Positions 9,906 to 20,304 of a stretch of DNA of 64,000 nucleotides are shown here, one piece after another (positions within the stretch are counted from its first letter, which is position 1; each line of letters opens with the position of its first letter). Location: contig CAVYNH010000001.1 of NCBI GenBank assembly GCA_963769885.1, positions 4,071 through 68,070 of the forward strand, read 5' to 3'. The DNA is from Methanobacteriota archaeon. Its GTDB lineage: Archaea; Thermoplasmatota; E2; DHVEG-1. Position numbers and translations under genes: made by a program. The notes beneath the pieces are model-generated. The model made no database searches and was not told where the DNA came from. It worked only from the letters and a program-made list of their open reading frames with translations.

Positions 9906-11205
9906 TTAATCTCCATCAGTGTAGTAACCAAGAATTTCAATGAAATCTTTTTTGGAGGAGTTGATGAATTTATCCTGTATCCTGGCTATGCCGTTGTCAT
10001 TTATTGCGTCCCTGACTTCTTTTACTTCTTGGCATCTACTGTAGAACAAATGTTCCTTACTCCATGCACTCCATAGATGCGGGTCTATCTTGTTAAAAAA
10101 TGCGCCACCATATACTTCATTAATCTTTGAACATCGGGGCAACCGCATTTTAACGGTTTATTTTTAATCTTATTTGCTTTTACCAATTCCATTCGTTTTC
10201 TGTCATAATATGATCTGAATTTTGAAGATTTACCGCTACCGCCATAATCATTAATGTAACCATTTAATGGTTCGATGAAACCGTCAAATCCAGTGGATAT
10301 ACATGGTATGGCATATGCATCCGCATCTATCAAGAAAGTAAATTTATTGTTAAATTCAGCCGCTTCCTGAATAGACTTGGAAATGTTCCGAGGTTTCTTC
10401 TTACATCGGTATCATTCAGAGGGAAGTATTTTATTTTGATGAAAATGATTTTTACGTTCTCATATTCTCCGTCTACGTCCATTAAGAAATCTGTGATTTT
10501 TTTAAGTTGATCTAAATTCCGTAATGCTGAATAATTGAGGTTAAAATAGAAAGATGGTTCAAGACCAAAGGTATCCGCTATAGTGAAAGCGGATTTTTTA
10601 TTTACATCAATTGCTATATCTATTAGAGGGGAGTTTTCACCCTCGATAAATGGTACGAATGGTACTATTGCATCAGGTTGATATTTATTTTGTTCTCTTA
10701 CATTCCAGTTGATGACTGTAGTAGTATCTCCTGAGTTATACAGTTGTTGCCACATCTTAGTATAATTCGCATATGTTGATTTGGTTAAAAAATCAGAAAT
10801 TTTTTGTGGGAGTGACGGCAGATTTTTATATTGCGTTCTTTTTTGCTTGTTGTTTAGATAAACATATTCCGTGTTTGGATCAATGAAAACAGGGAGGATG
10901 CCTTTTAAGGTTTTAAAATCATAGGAAATCATTGGGATTAAACGTGTTTGTTTAGGATTGAATATTGTTTTCTCTCTGTTCAATGATGATACATTTAATA
11001 TATCAAAAAATATTCCTTGGAAATAGTCATTTATTTTCTTTTCATCAATAATTATGTCAAGTTCTTTTGATGTTCTTATCTTAGGGATATAACAGGGTGT
11101 TTTGATTGTTTTATTGTTTAAATTGATCGTTGTAATTCTTGCGTTGTTTACTTTCTTTTCAGGATAGATCATCACTTGGGTTGATCTTTTTACTTTTTCT
11201 TTCAT
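9906..11205 (-). pseudogene. frameshifted copy of the TGT/DpdA-like gene
   Basis: It is broken into ORFs 10330..11205, 10085..10333 and 9906..10148. The cause is 1-nt deletions near 10381 (ttgcc to ttcc) and 10136 (a C5 run becomes C4) relative to 104..1405. Confidence 0.75.
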
Positions 11206-11477
11206 ATGCTATCGACCTCTTTTTTAATATTTTTTAAATGTAATATTAGTTCATCGAGTTGGTTTGCATTTAACATCAATCCTCCGACAATGGTAAAAAT
11301 ATTGTATTCATCTCTTGTTTTTTCTTGGATATACACAAATTTACCAAAAGGGTTTTCGATCAATTGAAAGTTATAATATTTTTCACCTATTTTTACATCT
11401 TTTATTAAAGTTGGATGGGCTACTTTTCCATTAGGATAATAGAGGAAATTTCTTTGACTAAACTGTCGCCTATACAA
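11202..11477 (-). CDS. hypothetical protein (TTG start)
   Basis: 91-aa ORF whose stop overlaps the start of the TGT-like gene. Its frame opens 24 nt before the stop of the upstream 77-aa ORF, so the two could be one frameshifted gene. Confidence 0.45.
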   Translation of the reverse strand: MYRRQFSQRNFLYYPNGKVAHPTLIKDVKIGEKYYNFQLIENPFGKFVYIQEKTRDEYNIFTIVGGLMLNANQLDELILHLKNIKKEVDSI

Positions 11478-11500
11478 CTCTCTGATCGCTGTAAGGTAAT

Positions 11501-11692
11501 CTAAAGTTGAGATGCGGTTCTGCGATCAATCCCTGCAACATCAGATACTTGAGGTAAACTAATTCCTTGTGGATTATCTTTAACAACTTTTAATATGATT
11601 GAACAAGCAAATCTTTTTCTATCTTCGGGAGACATTTTTTTTAATTCCTCTTTTGAAAATCCGATTTGACTTCTATTTATTGCGTCATCCAT
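11501..11692 (-). CDS. small HTH DNA-binding protein (putative)
   Basis: MDDAINRSQIGFSKEELKKMSPEDRKRFACSIILKVVKDNPQGISLPQVSDVAGIDRRTASQL has a helix-turn-helix-like C-terminal half. An internal ATG was chosen as start. Confidence 0.45.
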   Translation of the reverse strand: MDDAINRSQIGFSKEELKKMSPEDRKRFACSIILKVVKDNPQGISLPQVSDVAGIDRRTASQL

Positions 11693-11904
11693 TGTTTTTC
11701 TCCTTGTAATTTTATATACAACATTAAGATGCACATACCTTGTGCATAGTTATGTTGTACAGTTGATGTTGCACATAAACGGTTATTATATATATAAAGA
11801 TAACTGATAGCTTTATATACTGACAATGTATTATAAAACTTGGCGAAATATATGGGCAACAAAATAGATATTAAAGAAATGGTTAACGCAGAAAAGCTAG
11901 AGGC

Positions 11905-13010
11905 ATGACACTTTTAGAACAAGGAATAGAACCAACCGAGATTAATCCGCATACGTGGATAGTGCCAAGTCAGACAGGAAATGGAACATATCAAGTTGAT
12001 GTCCAGATGCGGTATTGGCATTGTACATGTCCAGATTTTGAACTAAAAGTATTGTAAACACATCAATGCGGTTAAGATATGGAAGAACCTGAAAGAGAAA
12101 TTTGAACAAATACATCTCAAAGTGAAACAGAAAATTACGTTAACAGATATTGATGTTGATTGCTGTAAGTTTTGTCATTCAACAGAAGTGACAAAATATG
12201 GGATGAAAAATAGTAAACAAGTCTATTTCTGTAAGACCTGTAATCGAAGATTTGTCAATAATGTTGACTTCGAGAATATGAAATATAACCCTAAGATAAT
12301 CGCATTAACGCTTGATCTGTATTTCAAAGGAATAAGTCTCAGGAAAATAAGCCAACATCTAAAACAATTCTATGAACTGAATATAAGCCATAAATCAGTT
12401 TACAACTGGATAGAAAAATATGTAGGGATAATGAATGAATACGTCAATGAAATACAACCTGATATTGGGGAAGTATGGCATACTGACGAAATGATGATTA
12501 AAATAGATGGCTCATGGAGACCTCTGGAATGTCATGGACGAACGTACACGGTTTCAACTCGCTTCTGTGGTATCAAAAGAACGATATGTTAAAGATGCAC
12601 GTATGGTATTTCAGAAGGCAAAAAAGAACTGCGGTGGACGCAAGCCGAAGTTCATGGTTACCGATGGTCTACCCGCATATAGGGATGCGGTGAACAAGGA
12701 GTTTAAAACTAATACTGATGAAACAGAACACCTATGGAATGTGGGGTTACAGCACCATCCAAATAACAACCACATTGAAAGATTACATGGGACAATACGG
12801 GATCGTGAAAAAACATTTAGAGGGTTAAAGATAGAAAGTACCCCTATTATTGATGGGAACAGGATTTACTACAATTTCATAAAACCACATGAAAATCTTG
12901 ATGGTAAAACTCCGAGTGAGGAATCGGGAATAATCATTGAAGGAAATAATAAATGGCTTACTCTTATGAAAAAATCAATTCAGTACCAAAAGGCTAAAAA
13001 TCAGAATTGA
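11905..13010 (+). pseudogene. IS6-like DDE transposase with SWIM and zinc-ribbon N-terminus, at least two frame breaks
   Basis: The DDE signature is VWHTDEMMIKIDG, MVTDGLPAYRDAV and NNHIERLHGTIRDR. The frame shifts near 12515 (ORFs 12122..12592 and 12507..13010 overlap). It shifts again near 12050, where the SWIM-like motif W-H-C-T-C-P..CKH is split between frames. Confidence 0.65.
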
Positions 13011-13041
13011 AAAGTTATATAATTCAAATGGAGATTTAAAA

Positions 13042-14484
13042 ATGGAAAACATGCAAATAAAAACCGATACTATTTACTGCGGAGATTGCCTTGATGTATT
13101 GAGGCGATTTCCAGAAGGATTTGTAAATTTAATTTATCTTGATCCACCATTTTCAAGTGGCAGGATTTATAATATAGTGTTTGGCACTAATAGCGAAAAA
13201 AAAGCCTTTGATGATCGATGGAAAGGTGGTATTCATCATTATATTGAATATATGAGGGAAAGACTCGAACTCTGCCATCGTGTTTTGGACAGTAAAGGGT
13301 CGATTTATTTACATTGCGATAGTCATGCAAGTCATTATCTCAAAATAGTGATGGATGATATTTTTGGTTATAATAATTTTAAGAATGAAATAATTTGGAA
13401 AAGAAAAGATGCTCAAAGTTTCACCAATAAATATGGAGCTATGCATGATACGATTTTATTTTATACAAAATCAAATGAGTACACGTTTAACAAAGCATTA
13501 GAAGAGTACATTCCACTTAGCGAAGAAACCGCAGATACTTGGTATAAATATGAAGAAATTGCATCGAAAAATATTATTAATCGTCTTGGGAAAAAAATTG
13601 AAAAAGGACATGTAAGACGATACAATAAAGGTGATATAAGCGCACCTGGGGATAGGCAAGGTACGGCAGCGCATTATAAATGGAACGGAAAATATCCACC
13701 AAAGGGGAGACATTGGGAATATACGGTTGAGGTGATGGGGAGATTGGAAAGAGAAAAACGTCTTGCTTATTCTAAGAATGGAAGGGTTTATGAAAAGCGA
13801 TATTTAGATGAAACAAAGGGGACACCTCCTCAAGACATTTGGACTGACATTTCTATGTTGCGTGGAATGGGTAAACATAGTGAAAAAAGTGAATGGATGG
13901 AATACCCAACTCAAAAACCAAAACGTTTACTTGAAAGAATAATACGGATTTCCTCAAATGAAAATGACATTGTACTTGATCCTTTCTGTGGCTGTGGTAC
14001 GACTATCGTTGCAGCACATTATTTGAGGAGAAAATGGATTGGTATTGATATTTCACCTACTGCATGTAATGTCATAAAAAATCGTATGGGAAATGTAAAA
14101 AAAATGGGATTGTTTGTCGTGAAAAACATTCCTATAATTGGACTCCCAAAGACAGAAGATGATCTTAGAAAATTGCATCCTTTCGAGTTTGAAAACTGGG
14201 TATGTGATGTTCTTTTCGCTATTCAGACGAAGAAAGCAAAAGACATGGGTATTGATGGATATACTATTGATGGAACAGTTCTCCAAGCAAAACAAATGGA
14301 TAAAGTAGGAAGACCCATAGTAGATAATTTTGAGGCATCAATGAAGCGAGCTAAAACCAATAAAGGCATAGTTATTGCTTTTAGTTTTACTAAAGATGCT
14401 TTTGAAGAGGTTGCAAGAATAAAAAGCGAGAATATAGATATTACATTAAGATCAGTAAAAGAATTATTAGAAATGGGTTTCTAA
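13042..14484 (+). CDS. beta-class N6A/N4C DNA methyltransferase fused to a C-terminal Mrr-like restriction endonuclease domain
   Basis: Motif IV is IYLDPPF near the N-terminus and motif I is VLDPFCGCGTTIVAA near residue 310. The C-terminal roughly 110 aa reads ..FENWVCDVL..GIDGY..LQAKQ.., a D..(E/Q)xK nuclease-like pattern. Confidence 0.75.
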   Translation: MENMQIKTDTIYCGDCLDVLRRFPEGFVNLIYLDPPFSSGRIYNIVFGTNSEKKAFDDRWKGGIHHYIEYMRERLELCHRVLDSKGSIYLHCDSHASHYLKIVMDDIFGYNNFKNEIIWKRKDAQSFTNKYGAMHDTILFYTKSNEYTFNKALEEYIPLSEETADTWYKYEEIASKNIINRLGKKIEKGHVRRYNKGDISAPGDRQGTAAHYKWNGKYPPKGRHWEYTVEVMGRLEREKRLAYSKNGRVYEKRYLDETKGTPPQDIWTDISMLRGMGKHSEKSEWMEYPTQKPKRLLERIIRISSNENDIVLDPFCGCGTTIVAAHYLRRKWIGIDISPTACNVIKNRMGNVKKMGLFVVKNIPIIGLPKTEDDLRKLHPFEFENWVCDVLFAIQTKKAKDMGIDGYTIDGTVLQAKQMDKVGRPIVDNFEASMKRAKTNKGIVIAFSFTKDAFEEVARIKSENIDITLRSVKELLEMGF

Positions 14485-14621
14485 TCTGATACCACTACAG
14501 ATTTTCCACTACTAAATTTCCACTACAGTATTACACAGCACCCTGTTCAGATAGGTTTATATAGAAGTGTCCATATGCTGGGAATGCTTTTAACCTACTT
14601 ATAAAGGAGGCATAGAACAGT

Positions 14622-16277
14622 ATGATGGCTGGAGGACAGACACCCATAATCATCCTTAAAGAAGGCACGAAACGCGAAAAAGGCAAAGGCGCCCAACTCA
14701 ACAACATCATGGCAGCCCGCGCAATCTCCGACGCCGTGAAATCCACGCTCGGACCCAAAGGCATGGACAAGATGCTCGTCGACTCCATGGGCGACGTCGT
14801 CATCACCAACGACGGCGCCACCATCCTCAAAGAAATCGACGTCGAACACCCCGCCGCAAAAATGATCGTCGAAGTCGCCAAAGCCCAAGACGAACAATGC
14901 GGCGACGGCACCACCACCGCCGTGATCCTCACCGGAGAACTCCTTCGCAACGCCGGCGAGCTCATCGAACAGAACATCCATCCCACCGTCATCACGGGCG
15001 GATACCAGAAGGCGGCCATAAAGGCGGTCGAAATCCTCAACAAGATGGCGATCCCGATCAAGCCCAACGACAAAAAAACGCTGAAGAACATCGCCATGAC
15101 CTCCATGGCCAGCAAGGGAGCCAGCTCCGCAAAAGCAATCCTCTCCGACGTCGTCGTCGACGCGGTCACCAGCGTCGCCGAGAAAATCGATGGACGCACC
15201 GAAGTCGACATGGACAACATCCAGATCCAGAAGAAACAGGGCGGTAGCATCAACGATACCAAGATCATCAAGGGCATCATCCTCGACAAGGAACGCGTCC
15301 ACGAAGGCATGCCCAAGCACGTCCACAACGCCAAGATCGCCTTGGTCAACGCCGCTTTAGAGATTAAGAAGACCGAGGTCGACGCCCGCATCCAGATCCA
15401 GGACCCCAGCCAACTCCAGGCCTTCCTCGATGAGGAAGAGACCATGCTGAAGAAGATGGTTGAAAAAATCAAGAAGAGCGGGGCCAACGTCCTCGTCTGC
15501 CAGAAGGGCATCGATGACATCGCCCAGCACTTCCTCGCCAAAGATGGCATCTACGCGGTCCGGCGCGCCAAGAAATCCGACATGGACAAGCTCGCCAAGG
15601 CCACCGGCGCAAAGATCGTCGCCAACCTCGACAACCTCAGCGTCAAGGACCTCGGACAGGCTGGCGCCGTCGAAGAACAGAAGATCGGCGACGACCGCAT
15701 GACCTTTGTTGTCGACTGCAAGAACCCCAAGGCCGTCAGCATCCTCATCCGCGGCAGCACCGAACACATCGTCGACGAGCTTGACCGCGGCATGCACGAC
15801 GCCCTCTTCGTCGTCAAAGTCGCCCTCGAGGACGGGAAGATGACCGCCGGCGGCGGCAGCGCAGCCACCGAGATCGCCATGCAGCTGCGCGAGTACGCCA
15901 CCACTGTCGGCGGCCGCGAGCAGATGGCGATCGAGGCGTTCGCCAACGCGGTCGAAGTCGTCCCCAAGACCCTGGCGGAGAACGCGGGTCTTGACCCCAT
16001 CGATATGATGATCAACGTCCGCCGCGCCCACAAGAAGGGCAACAAGTACGCTGGCATCGACGTCTTCAACGGCAAGATCACCGACATGATTGACAACAAC
16101 GTCGTCGAGCCGCTGCGCGTCAGCGTCCAGGAAGTCACGGCATCCACCGAAGCCGCCAACATGATCCTGCGCATCGACGACATCATCGCCTCCAAGAGCG
16201 GTGGCCCAGCGCCCGGCGGCCCCGGCGGCATGCCAGGCGGCCCCGGCGGTATGGGCGGTGACATGGACGAGTACTAA
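14622..16277 (+). CDS. ths: thermosome subunit (group II chaperonin)
   Basis: 551 aa with GDGTTTAVILTGELL and a C-terminal GGM-type tail. AAGGAGG lies 12 nt upstream. Confidence 0.95.
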   Translation: MMAGGQTPIIILKEGTKREKGKGAQLNNIMAARAISDAVKSTLGPKGMDKMLVDSMGDVVITNDGATILKEIDVEHPAAKMIVEVAKAQDEQCGDGTTTAVILTGELLRNAGELIEQNIHPTVITGGYQKAAIKAVEILNKMAIPIKPNDKKTLKNIAMTSMASKGASSAKAILSDVVVDAVTSVAEKIDGRTEVDMDNIQIQKKQGGSINDTKIIKGIILDKERVHEGMPKHVHNAKIALVNAALEIKKTEVDARIQIQDPSQLQAFLDEEETMLKKMVEKIKKSGANVLVCQKGIDDIAQHFLAKDGIYAVRRAKKSDMDKLAKATGAKIVANLDNLSVKDLGQAGAVEEQKIGDDRMTFVVDCKNPKAVSILIRGSTEHIVDELDRGMHDALFVVKVALEDGKMTAGGGSAATEIAMQLREYATTVGGREQMAIEAFANAVEVVPKTLAENAGLDPIDMMINVRRAHKKGNKYAGIDVFNGKITDMIDNNVVEPLRVSVQEVTASTEAANMILRIDDIIASKSGGPAPGGPGGMPGGPGGMGGDMDEY

Positions 16278-16325
16278 ACCGTACTCTCCCCTCTTCTCTT
16301 TTTTCACATTTTATTTTTTCATCCT

Positions 16326-16832
16326 ATGCCCGCAAAAAAGTCTGCCACCAAGACCCACCCGGTGGAGCAAACCGATATAAAGGTAAAATCCTTAGAGCAG
16401 CAAATCCAGGGACTGCGACGAGAACTTGCCGACAAACAGGACAAACTCCTCCGGGCGTACGCGGATTACCAGAACTACCAGAAACGCATGGAAAAAGAGC
16501 TTGCCGCTCGCGAACTCGAGATCAGCAGGCGCTACCTCATAGAGATTCTCGATTTCTCCGATCTTCTCAAAAAAGCAGCAGACGATCCTCACCCCCAGGA
16601 AGGCCTCAAGTCGCTCATCGCCACCATCGATCATTTCCTGGCCAAAGAGGGCGTCACGTACCTCGATTGCAAGGGCAAACCCTTCGACTACAAGCTCCAA
16701 CACGCACTCTCCACCCTTGAGCGGGAGGAATGCCCGGATGGCACCGTGCTTGAAGAGGTTAAAAAAGGCTGCCTCCTCGGCGATACCCTGCTCCGGCCTG
16801 CTCAAGTCATCGTCTCCAAAAAGAAAGACTAA
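16326..16832 (+). CDS. grpE: nucleotide exchange factor GrpE
   Basis: 168 aa with ..[14 protein letters not shown].. It lies directly upstream of dnaK. Confidence 0.9.
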   Translation: MPAKKSATKTHPVEQTDIKVKSLEQQIQGLRRELADKQDKLLRAYADYQNYQKRMEKELAARELEISRRYLIEILDFSDLLKKAADDPHPQEGLKSLIATIDHFLAKEGVTYLDCKGKPFDYKLQHALSTLEREECPDGTVLEEVKKGCLLGDTLLRPAQVIVSKKKD

Positions 16833-16855
16833 CCCCTCATAGGAGGTATTCGATC

Positions 16856-18739
16856 ATGGCACATATCATCGGAATCGACCTCGGGACAACGAACTCCGAG
16901 GCCGCATATATAGAAGCTGGAAAACCCGTCGTAATTAAAAGCGCGGAAGGACAACCCTACTTCCCCTCGGTCGTCGCCATCACCAAGACCGGGGAGATGC
17001 TCGTCGGTGAAGCCGCGAAACGCCAAGCCGTCACCAACCCCGAGGGAACCGTCCAACGCATCAAACGCAAGATGGGGACCAACGAGAAGATTACGCTGCA
17101 CGGCAAGACCTATACTCCGCAGCAGATCTCGGCGTTCATCCTGCAGAAAATCAAGAAAGACGCCGAGGACTACCTTGGGGAGAAGGTCACGGACGCGGTC
17201 ATCACCGTCCCCGCCTACTTCAACGACAACCAGCGCCAGGCGACCAAGGATGCCGGCGCCATCGCCGGCTTCAACGTCAAACGCATCATCAACGAGCCCA
17301 CGGCCGCAGCCCTGGCCTACGGCCTGGACAAATCCGGGGACCAGCGGATCTGCGTCTACGACTACGGCGGCGGCACCCTCGATGTCACCATCATGGAAGT
17401 CGGCGAAGGCGTCTTCGAGGTCCTCGCGACCAGCGGCGACACCCACCTCGGCGGCTCAGACATGGACCAGGCGCTCGTCGACTACGTCGCCTCCGACTTC
17501 CAGAAGAAGAACCACATCGATCTCCGCAAAGACCCCAAGACCCACCAGCGGCTCCTCGAAGCCTGCGAGCAGGCGAAGATCGAGTCCAGCTCCACCCTCG
17601 AGACCGAGATCAACCTCCCCTACATCACCGTCGTCAACGACGAGCCCAAACACCTCGAAGTCAAACTGACCCGTGCGAAGGTCGAAGAGATCATCCGCCC
17701 CTTCGTCGACCGCAGCGTGCCGCCCTGCCGCCAGGCTCTAAAAGACGCCAAGCTCAACCCAGATCAGATTGATCACATCATCCTCGTCGGTGGCACCACC
17801 CGCATCCCCATGGTCCAGCGCAAGGTCGAGGAGAACTTCCAGAAGAAGCCGAAACGCGAGGTCGACCCTATGGAATGCGTCGCGATCGGCGCCGCGATCC
17901 AAGCTGGCGTCCTGTCCGGCGAGATTGAAAAAGAGATCGTCCTGCTCGACGTGACGCCCCTGACGCTCAGCGTCGAGACCCTCGGCGGCGTCGCCACCCT
18001 GATCATCGAGCGCAACACCACGGTGCCCACTAGAAAAGCACGCATCTTTTCCACCGCGGCCGACAACCAGACCAGCGTCGAGATCAACATCCTGCAGGGA
18101 GAACGCCCCATGGCCGCGGACAACAAGAGCCTCGGCCGCTTCCACCTTGACGGCATCCTGCCCGCCCCGCGCGGCATCCCCCAGATCGAGGTCTCCTTCG
18201 ACATCGACGCCAACGGCATCCTCAACGTCAGCGCCAAGGACCTCGGCACCGGCAAACAACAGTCCATCAGAGTCACCGGATCCACCCGATTATCCGAAAC
18301 AGAGATTGAACGCATGCGCGCCGAAGCCAAACAACACGAGACCGAGGACAAGCAGCGCAAGGAACGCGTCGAGATCCGCAACAACGCAGACACCCTCGTC
18401 ACCCAGACTGAACGCACCCTTGCGGAGCTGAAAGACAAGTTCACCGAGCAAGACCGCATCGCCATCGAGGCCGCCCTTAAGACTCTCCGTGAAAAACTCA
18501 CCACCGACAACACCGATGAAATCAAGAAAGCCATGGACAACCTCACCGCGGCGCTCTCGAAAGCCTCGACCACGATCTACCAGCAGGCGGCCCAACAGCA
18601 CCAGCAGGACCAACCCGGCGGCCCCGGCCCCGGCGGGCCCACGGAAGGCCAATGGCAGCCGCCCCCAGGGGGGCAGGGCTCGACCTACAACGCGGACTAC
18701 GAGGTCAAAAACAAGAAGAAGCACCCCGACGAACACTAA
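16856..18739 (+). CDS. dnaK: molecular chaperone DnaK (Hsp70)
   Basis: 627 aa with [10 protein letters not shown] and DYGGGTLDV motifs. Confidence 0.95.
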   Translation: MAHIIGIDLGTTNSEAAYIEAGKPVVIKSAEGQPYFPSVVAITKTGEMLVGEAAKRQAVTNPEGTVQRIKRKMGTNEKITLHGKTYTPQQISAFILQKIKKDAEDYLGEKVTDAVITVPAYFNDNQRQATKDAGAIAGFNVKRIINEPTAAALAYGLDKSGDQRICVYDYGGGTLDVTIMEVGEGVFEVLATSGDTHLGGSDMDQALVDYVASDFQKKNHIDLRKDPKTHQRLLEACEQAKIESSSTLETEINLPYITVVNDEPKHLEVKLTRAKVEEIIRPFVDRSVPPCRQALKDAKLNPDQIDHIILVGGTTRIPMVQRKVEENFQKKPKREVDPMECVAIGAAIQAGVLSGEIEKEIVLLDVTPLTLSVETLGGVATLIIERNTTVPTRKARIFSTAADNQTSVEINILQGERPMAADNKSLGRFHLDGILPAPRGIPQIEVSFDIDANGILNVSAKDLGTGKQQSIRVTGSTRLSETEIERMRAEAKQHETEDKQRKERVEIRNNADTLVTQTERTLAELKDKFTEQDRIAIEAALKTLREKLTTDNTDEIKKAMDNLTAALSKASTTIYQQAAQQHQQDQPGGPGPGGPTEGQWQPPPGGQGSTYNADYEVKNKKKHPDEH

Positions 18740-18746
18740 CGCCAGG

Positions 18747-19253
18747 TCATGGCCGTTGCGGCGGCTTCAGGCTCCGATGTGGCTCTAGTCGGAGGTCGTC
18801 CACCGACCACCGCTTCCCCTTCTCTTTAATGATCATTACCGCACAGGGAGCGTTCTTCAGCACCTCCTCGGAGACGCTGCCGAGCAGGAACTTGTTGAAC
18901 CCCTTCTTCCCTTGACTTGCCATCACCACTAGATCATCGTCATGGATGAACCTAACGATCTCCTTGGCGGGGTTGCCTTCCAGCATCACGGTCTTGCTCT
19001 CCACCCCGTGGTCCTTCGCGATCGCATTGACCTCGTCGAGGACTTCATGCTTCTTCCGCTCGATCTTGTCCTCCAGGACCGTCGACAGCATGAACTGCTG
19101 GGTATCATTCACGGATAAAATCGACACCTCCACATGCAGCAGCTTCGCAAAAAACGCGCCCTGCTCCGCCGCAATACGGGACACATCCGACGTATCGACC
19201 GGGATCACCACACGCTTGATCCGATCAGGCTCCTCGCATCCCTCACGCCTCAT
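18747..19253 (-). CDS. universal stress protein family
   Basis: ..RVVIPVDTSDVS...LVVMASQGKKGFNKFLLGSVSEEVLKNAPCAVMII is a UspA pattern. An internal ATG (MRREG..) was chosen as start. Confidence 0.75.
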   Translation of the reverse strand: MRREGCEEPDRIKRVVIPVDTSDVSRIAAEQGAFFAKLLHVEVSILSVNDTQQFMLSTVLEDKIERKKHEVLDEVNAIAKDHGVESKTVMLEGNPAKEIVRFIHDDDLVVMASQGKKGFNKFLLGSVSEEVLKNAPCAVMIIKEKGKRWSVDDLRLEPHRSLKPPQRP

Positions 19254-19385
19254 ACAAGAAACGAATCGCCTCCCGCCCAATAAAGGTTTGCCCCACATTG
19301 GATAACAACCGTCAACAACATCGGTACGACCTGTACAACAACGCCTTTTAAACCTCGCACACACAACAAACCCTGAGGAATAACC

Positions 19386-19508
19386 ATGATGATGATCGTC
19401 GGGCAAGTCTCAAGCCAAGAAGAGGCCAACGAAATCGAGACCATCGCCAAACACTTCGTCGTCGGCAACCGCGCCCGGTCCCTCGCCCAACGACTCAAAG
19501 AACCCTGA
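19386..19508 (+). CDS. small hypothetical protein (40 aa)
   Basis: MMMIVGQVSSQEEANEIETIAKHFVVGNRARSLAQRLKEP. It has the strong GC3 codon pattern of the host core. It is not in the ORF track because it is under 60 aa. Confidence 0.35.
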   Translation: MMMIVGQVSSQEEANEIETIAKHFVVGNRARSLAQRLKEP

Positions 19509-19536
19509 ACCACCACAACAAGGAGGACCCATCCCT

Positions 19537-19764
19537 ATGTCCAAGACCGCCGCCAAAATCTGGATCTGGCTCGACGGCACCACCCTCATCAAAGCCGTCT
19601 ACAACCCCCTCAACCGCACCCTCACCATCCTCGATGAAAACGACCGCCTCCTCCTCAAACGCATCGGCATCACCGTCGAACAAGCCTACCAGCTCGCCGC
19701 CAAACTCGCCGTCATCGGCGCCAAACGCATGGACGGCAACCGCGAACCCTTCACCTACCTCTAA
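19537..19764 (+). CDS. small hypothetical protein (75 aa)
   Basis: ORF with host-like GC3 bias. No recognisable domain. Confidence 0.45.
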   Translation: MSKTAAKIWIWLDGTTLIKAVYNPLNRTLTILDENDRLLLKRIGITVEQAYQLAAKLAVIGAKRMDGNREPFTYL

Positions 19765-19799
19765 GAAAACGCGCTCCCCAACCCCCTTTTTTTCTTACT

Positions 19800-20228
19800 T
19801 TAATCCCGCCACACCGGCTTCACCCACGAGTCGATGAACCGCTGCGACAAATCAGAGCCCGCCCGCGCGATATCCGTCACCGTCACAATCCCCACCACCC
19901 GGCCATCCACCACCACCGGCAGCTTCTTACAATGGCACTCCCGCATCACCCGCAACGCCACATCCGTCGTCTCCAACGCATGCACCGTCTTCACATCAGG
20001 CGTCATAATCTCCCGCACCGTCGTCCTCACCGGATCCCGACCCAGACAAATCGTCCGCTCGATCAAATCCCGCTCCGTCACAATCCCCACGCACTCCTCC
20101 CCAGAAACAACCACGAGACAGCCGACCTTCTTCTCCTTATACCTCATACACGCATCAAACACCGAGGCCCCGGCCTCAATCGACACCACCGACCGCGTCA
20201 TGATCTCCTTGACCAGCATCCAGACCAA
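19800..20228 (-). CDS. CBS domain pair protein
   Basis: Two CBS-like units are present (..IMTRSVVSIEAGASVFDA.. and ..IMTPDVKTVHALETTDVALRVM..). Confidence 0.8.
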   Translation of the reverse strand: MVWMLVKEIMTRSVVSIEAGASVFDACMRYKEKKVGCLVVVSGEECVGIVTERDLIERTICLGRDPVRTTVREIMTPDVKTVHALETTDVALRVMRECHCKKLPVVVDGRVVGIVTVTDIARAGSDLSQRFIDSWVKPVWRD

Positions 20229-20304
20229 CCCTCAGCCGCTACAGAATCAAGTACCAACGTTATATCCTTAGCCCCTCGCAAGCCAAAAAAAACAGGACTC
20301 CGTC

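Larger units (their letters stand above)
5697..11308. repeat. right arm of large inverted duplication
   Basis: Same length as the left arm. It differs by four 1-nt indels (near 7019, 7213, 10136, 10381) and a few substitutions. It continues without a break into unique sequence 11309-14542. Confidence 0.95.
9149..14542. mobile_element. 5.4-kb IS6-family-like cargo transposon
   Basis: The left tip at 9149 is GGTTCTGTGTAATACTGTAGTGGGAAAT. The reverse complement of the right tip ending at 14542 is GGTGCTGTGTAATACTGTAGTGGAAAT (22/23 identical). Both ends carry sub-terminal GTAGTGG(G)AAA repeats. The 8-bp direct repeat CTGTTCAG flanks both sides (9141-9148 and 14543-14550). An IS6-like DDE transposase lies inside. 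Composition jumps to GC-rich immediately after 14550. Confidence 0.7.

Noticed and set aside
12507-12592. Overlap of the two transposase ORFs as a programmed ribosomal frameshift
   Set aside because: The overlap has no slippery heptamer. A further frame break splits the upstream SWIM motif. Other genes in the window show similar single-nt breaks. Decay or sequencing error is more likely.
14531-16307. Long antisense and alternative-frame ORFs over the thermosome gene (for example 14531..15550 -, 15357..16307 -, 15551..16264 -)
   Set aside because: They lie in GC-rich coding DNA where stop codons are rare in all frames. Their translations are low-complexity (A/G/V/D or S/R/P rich). The thermosome frame is unambiguous.
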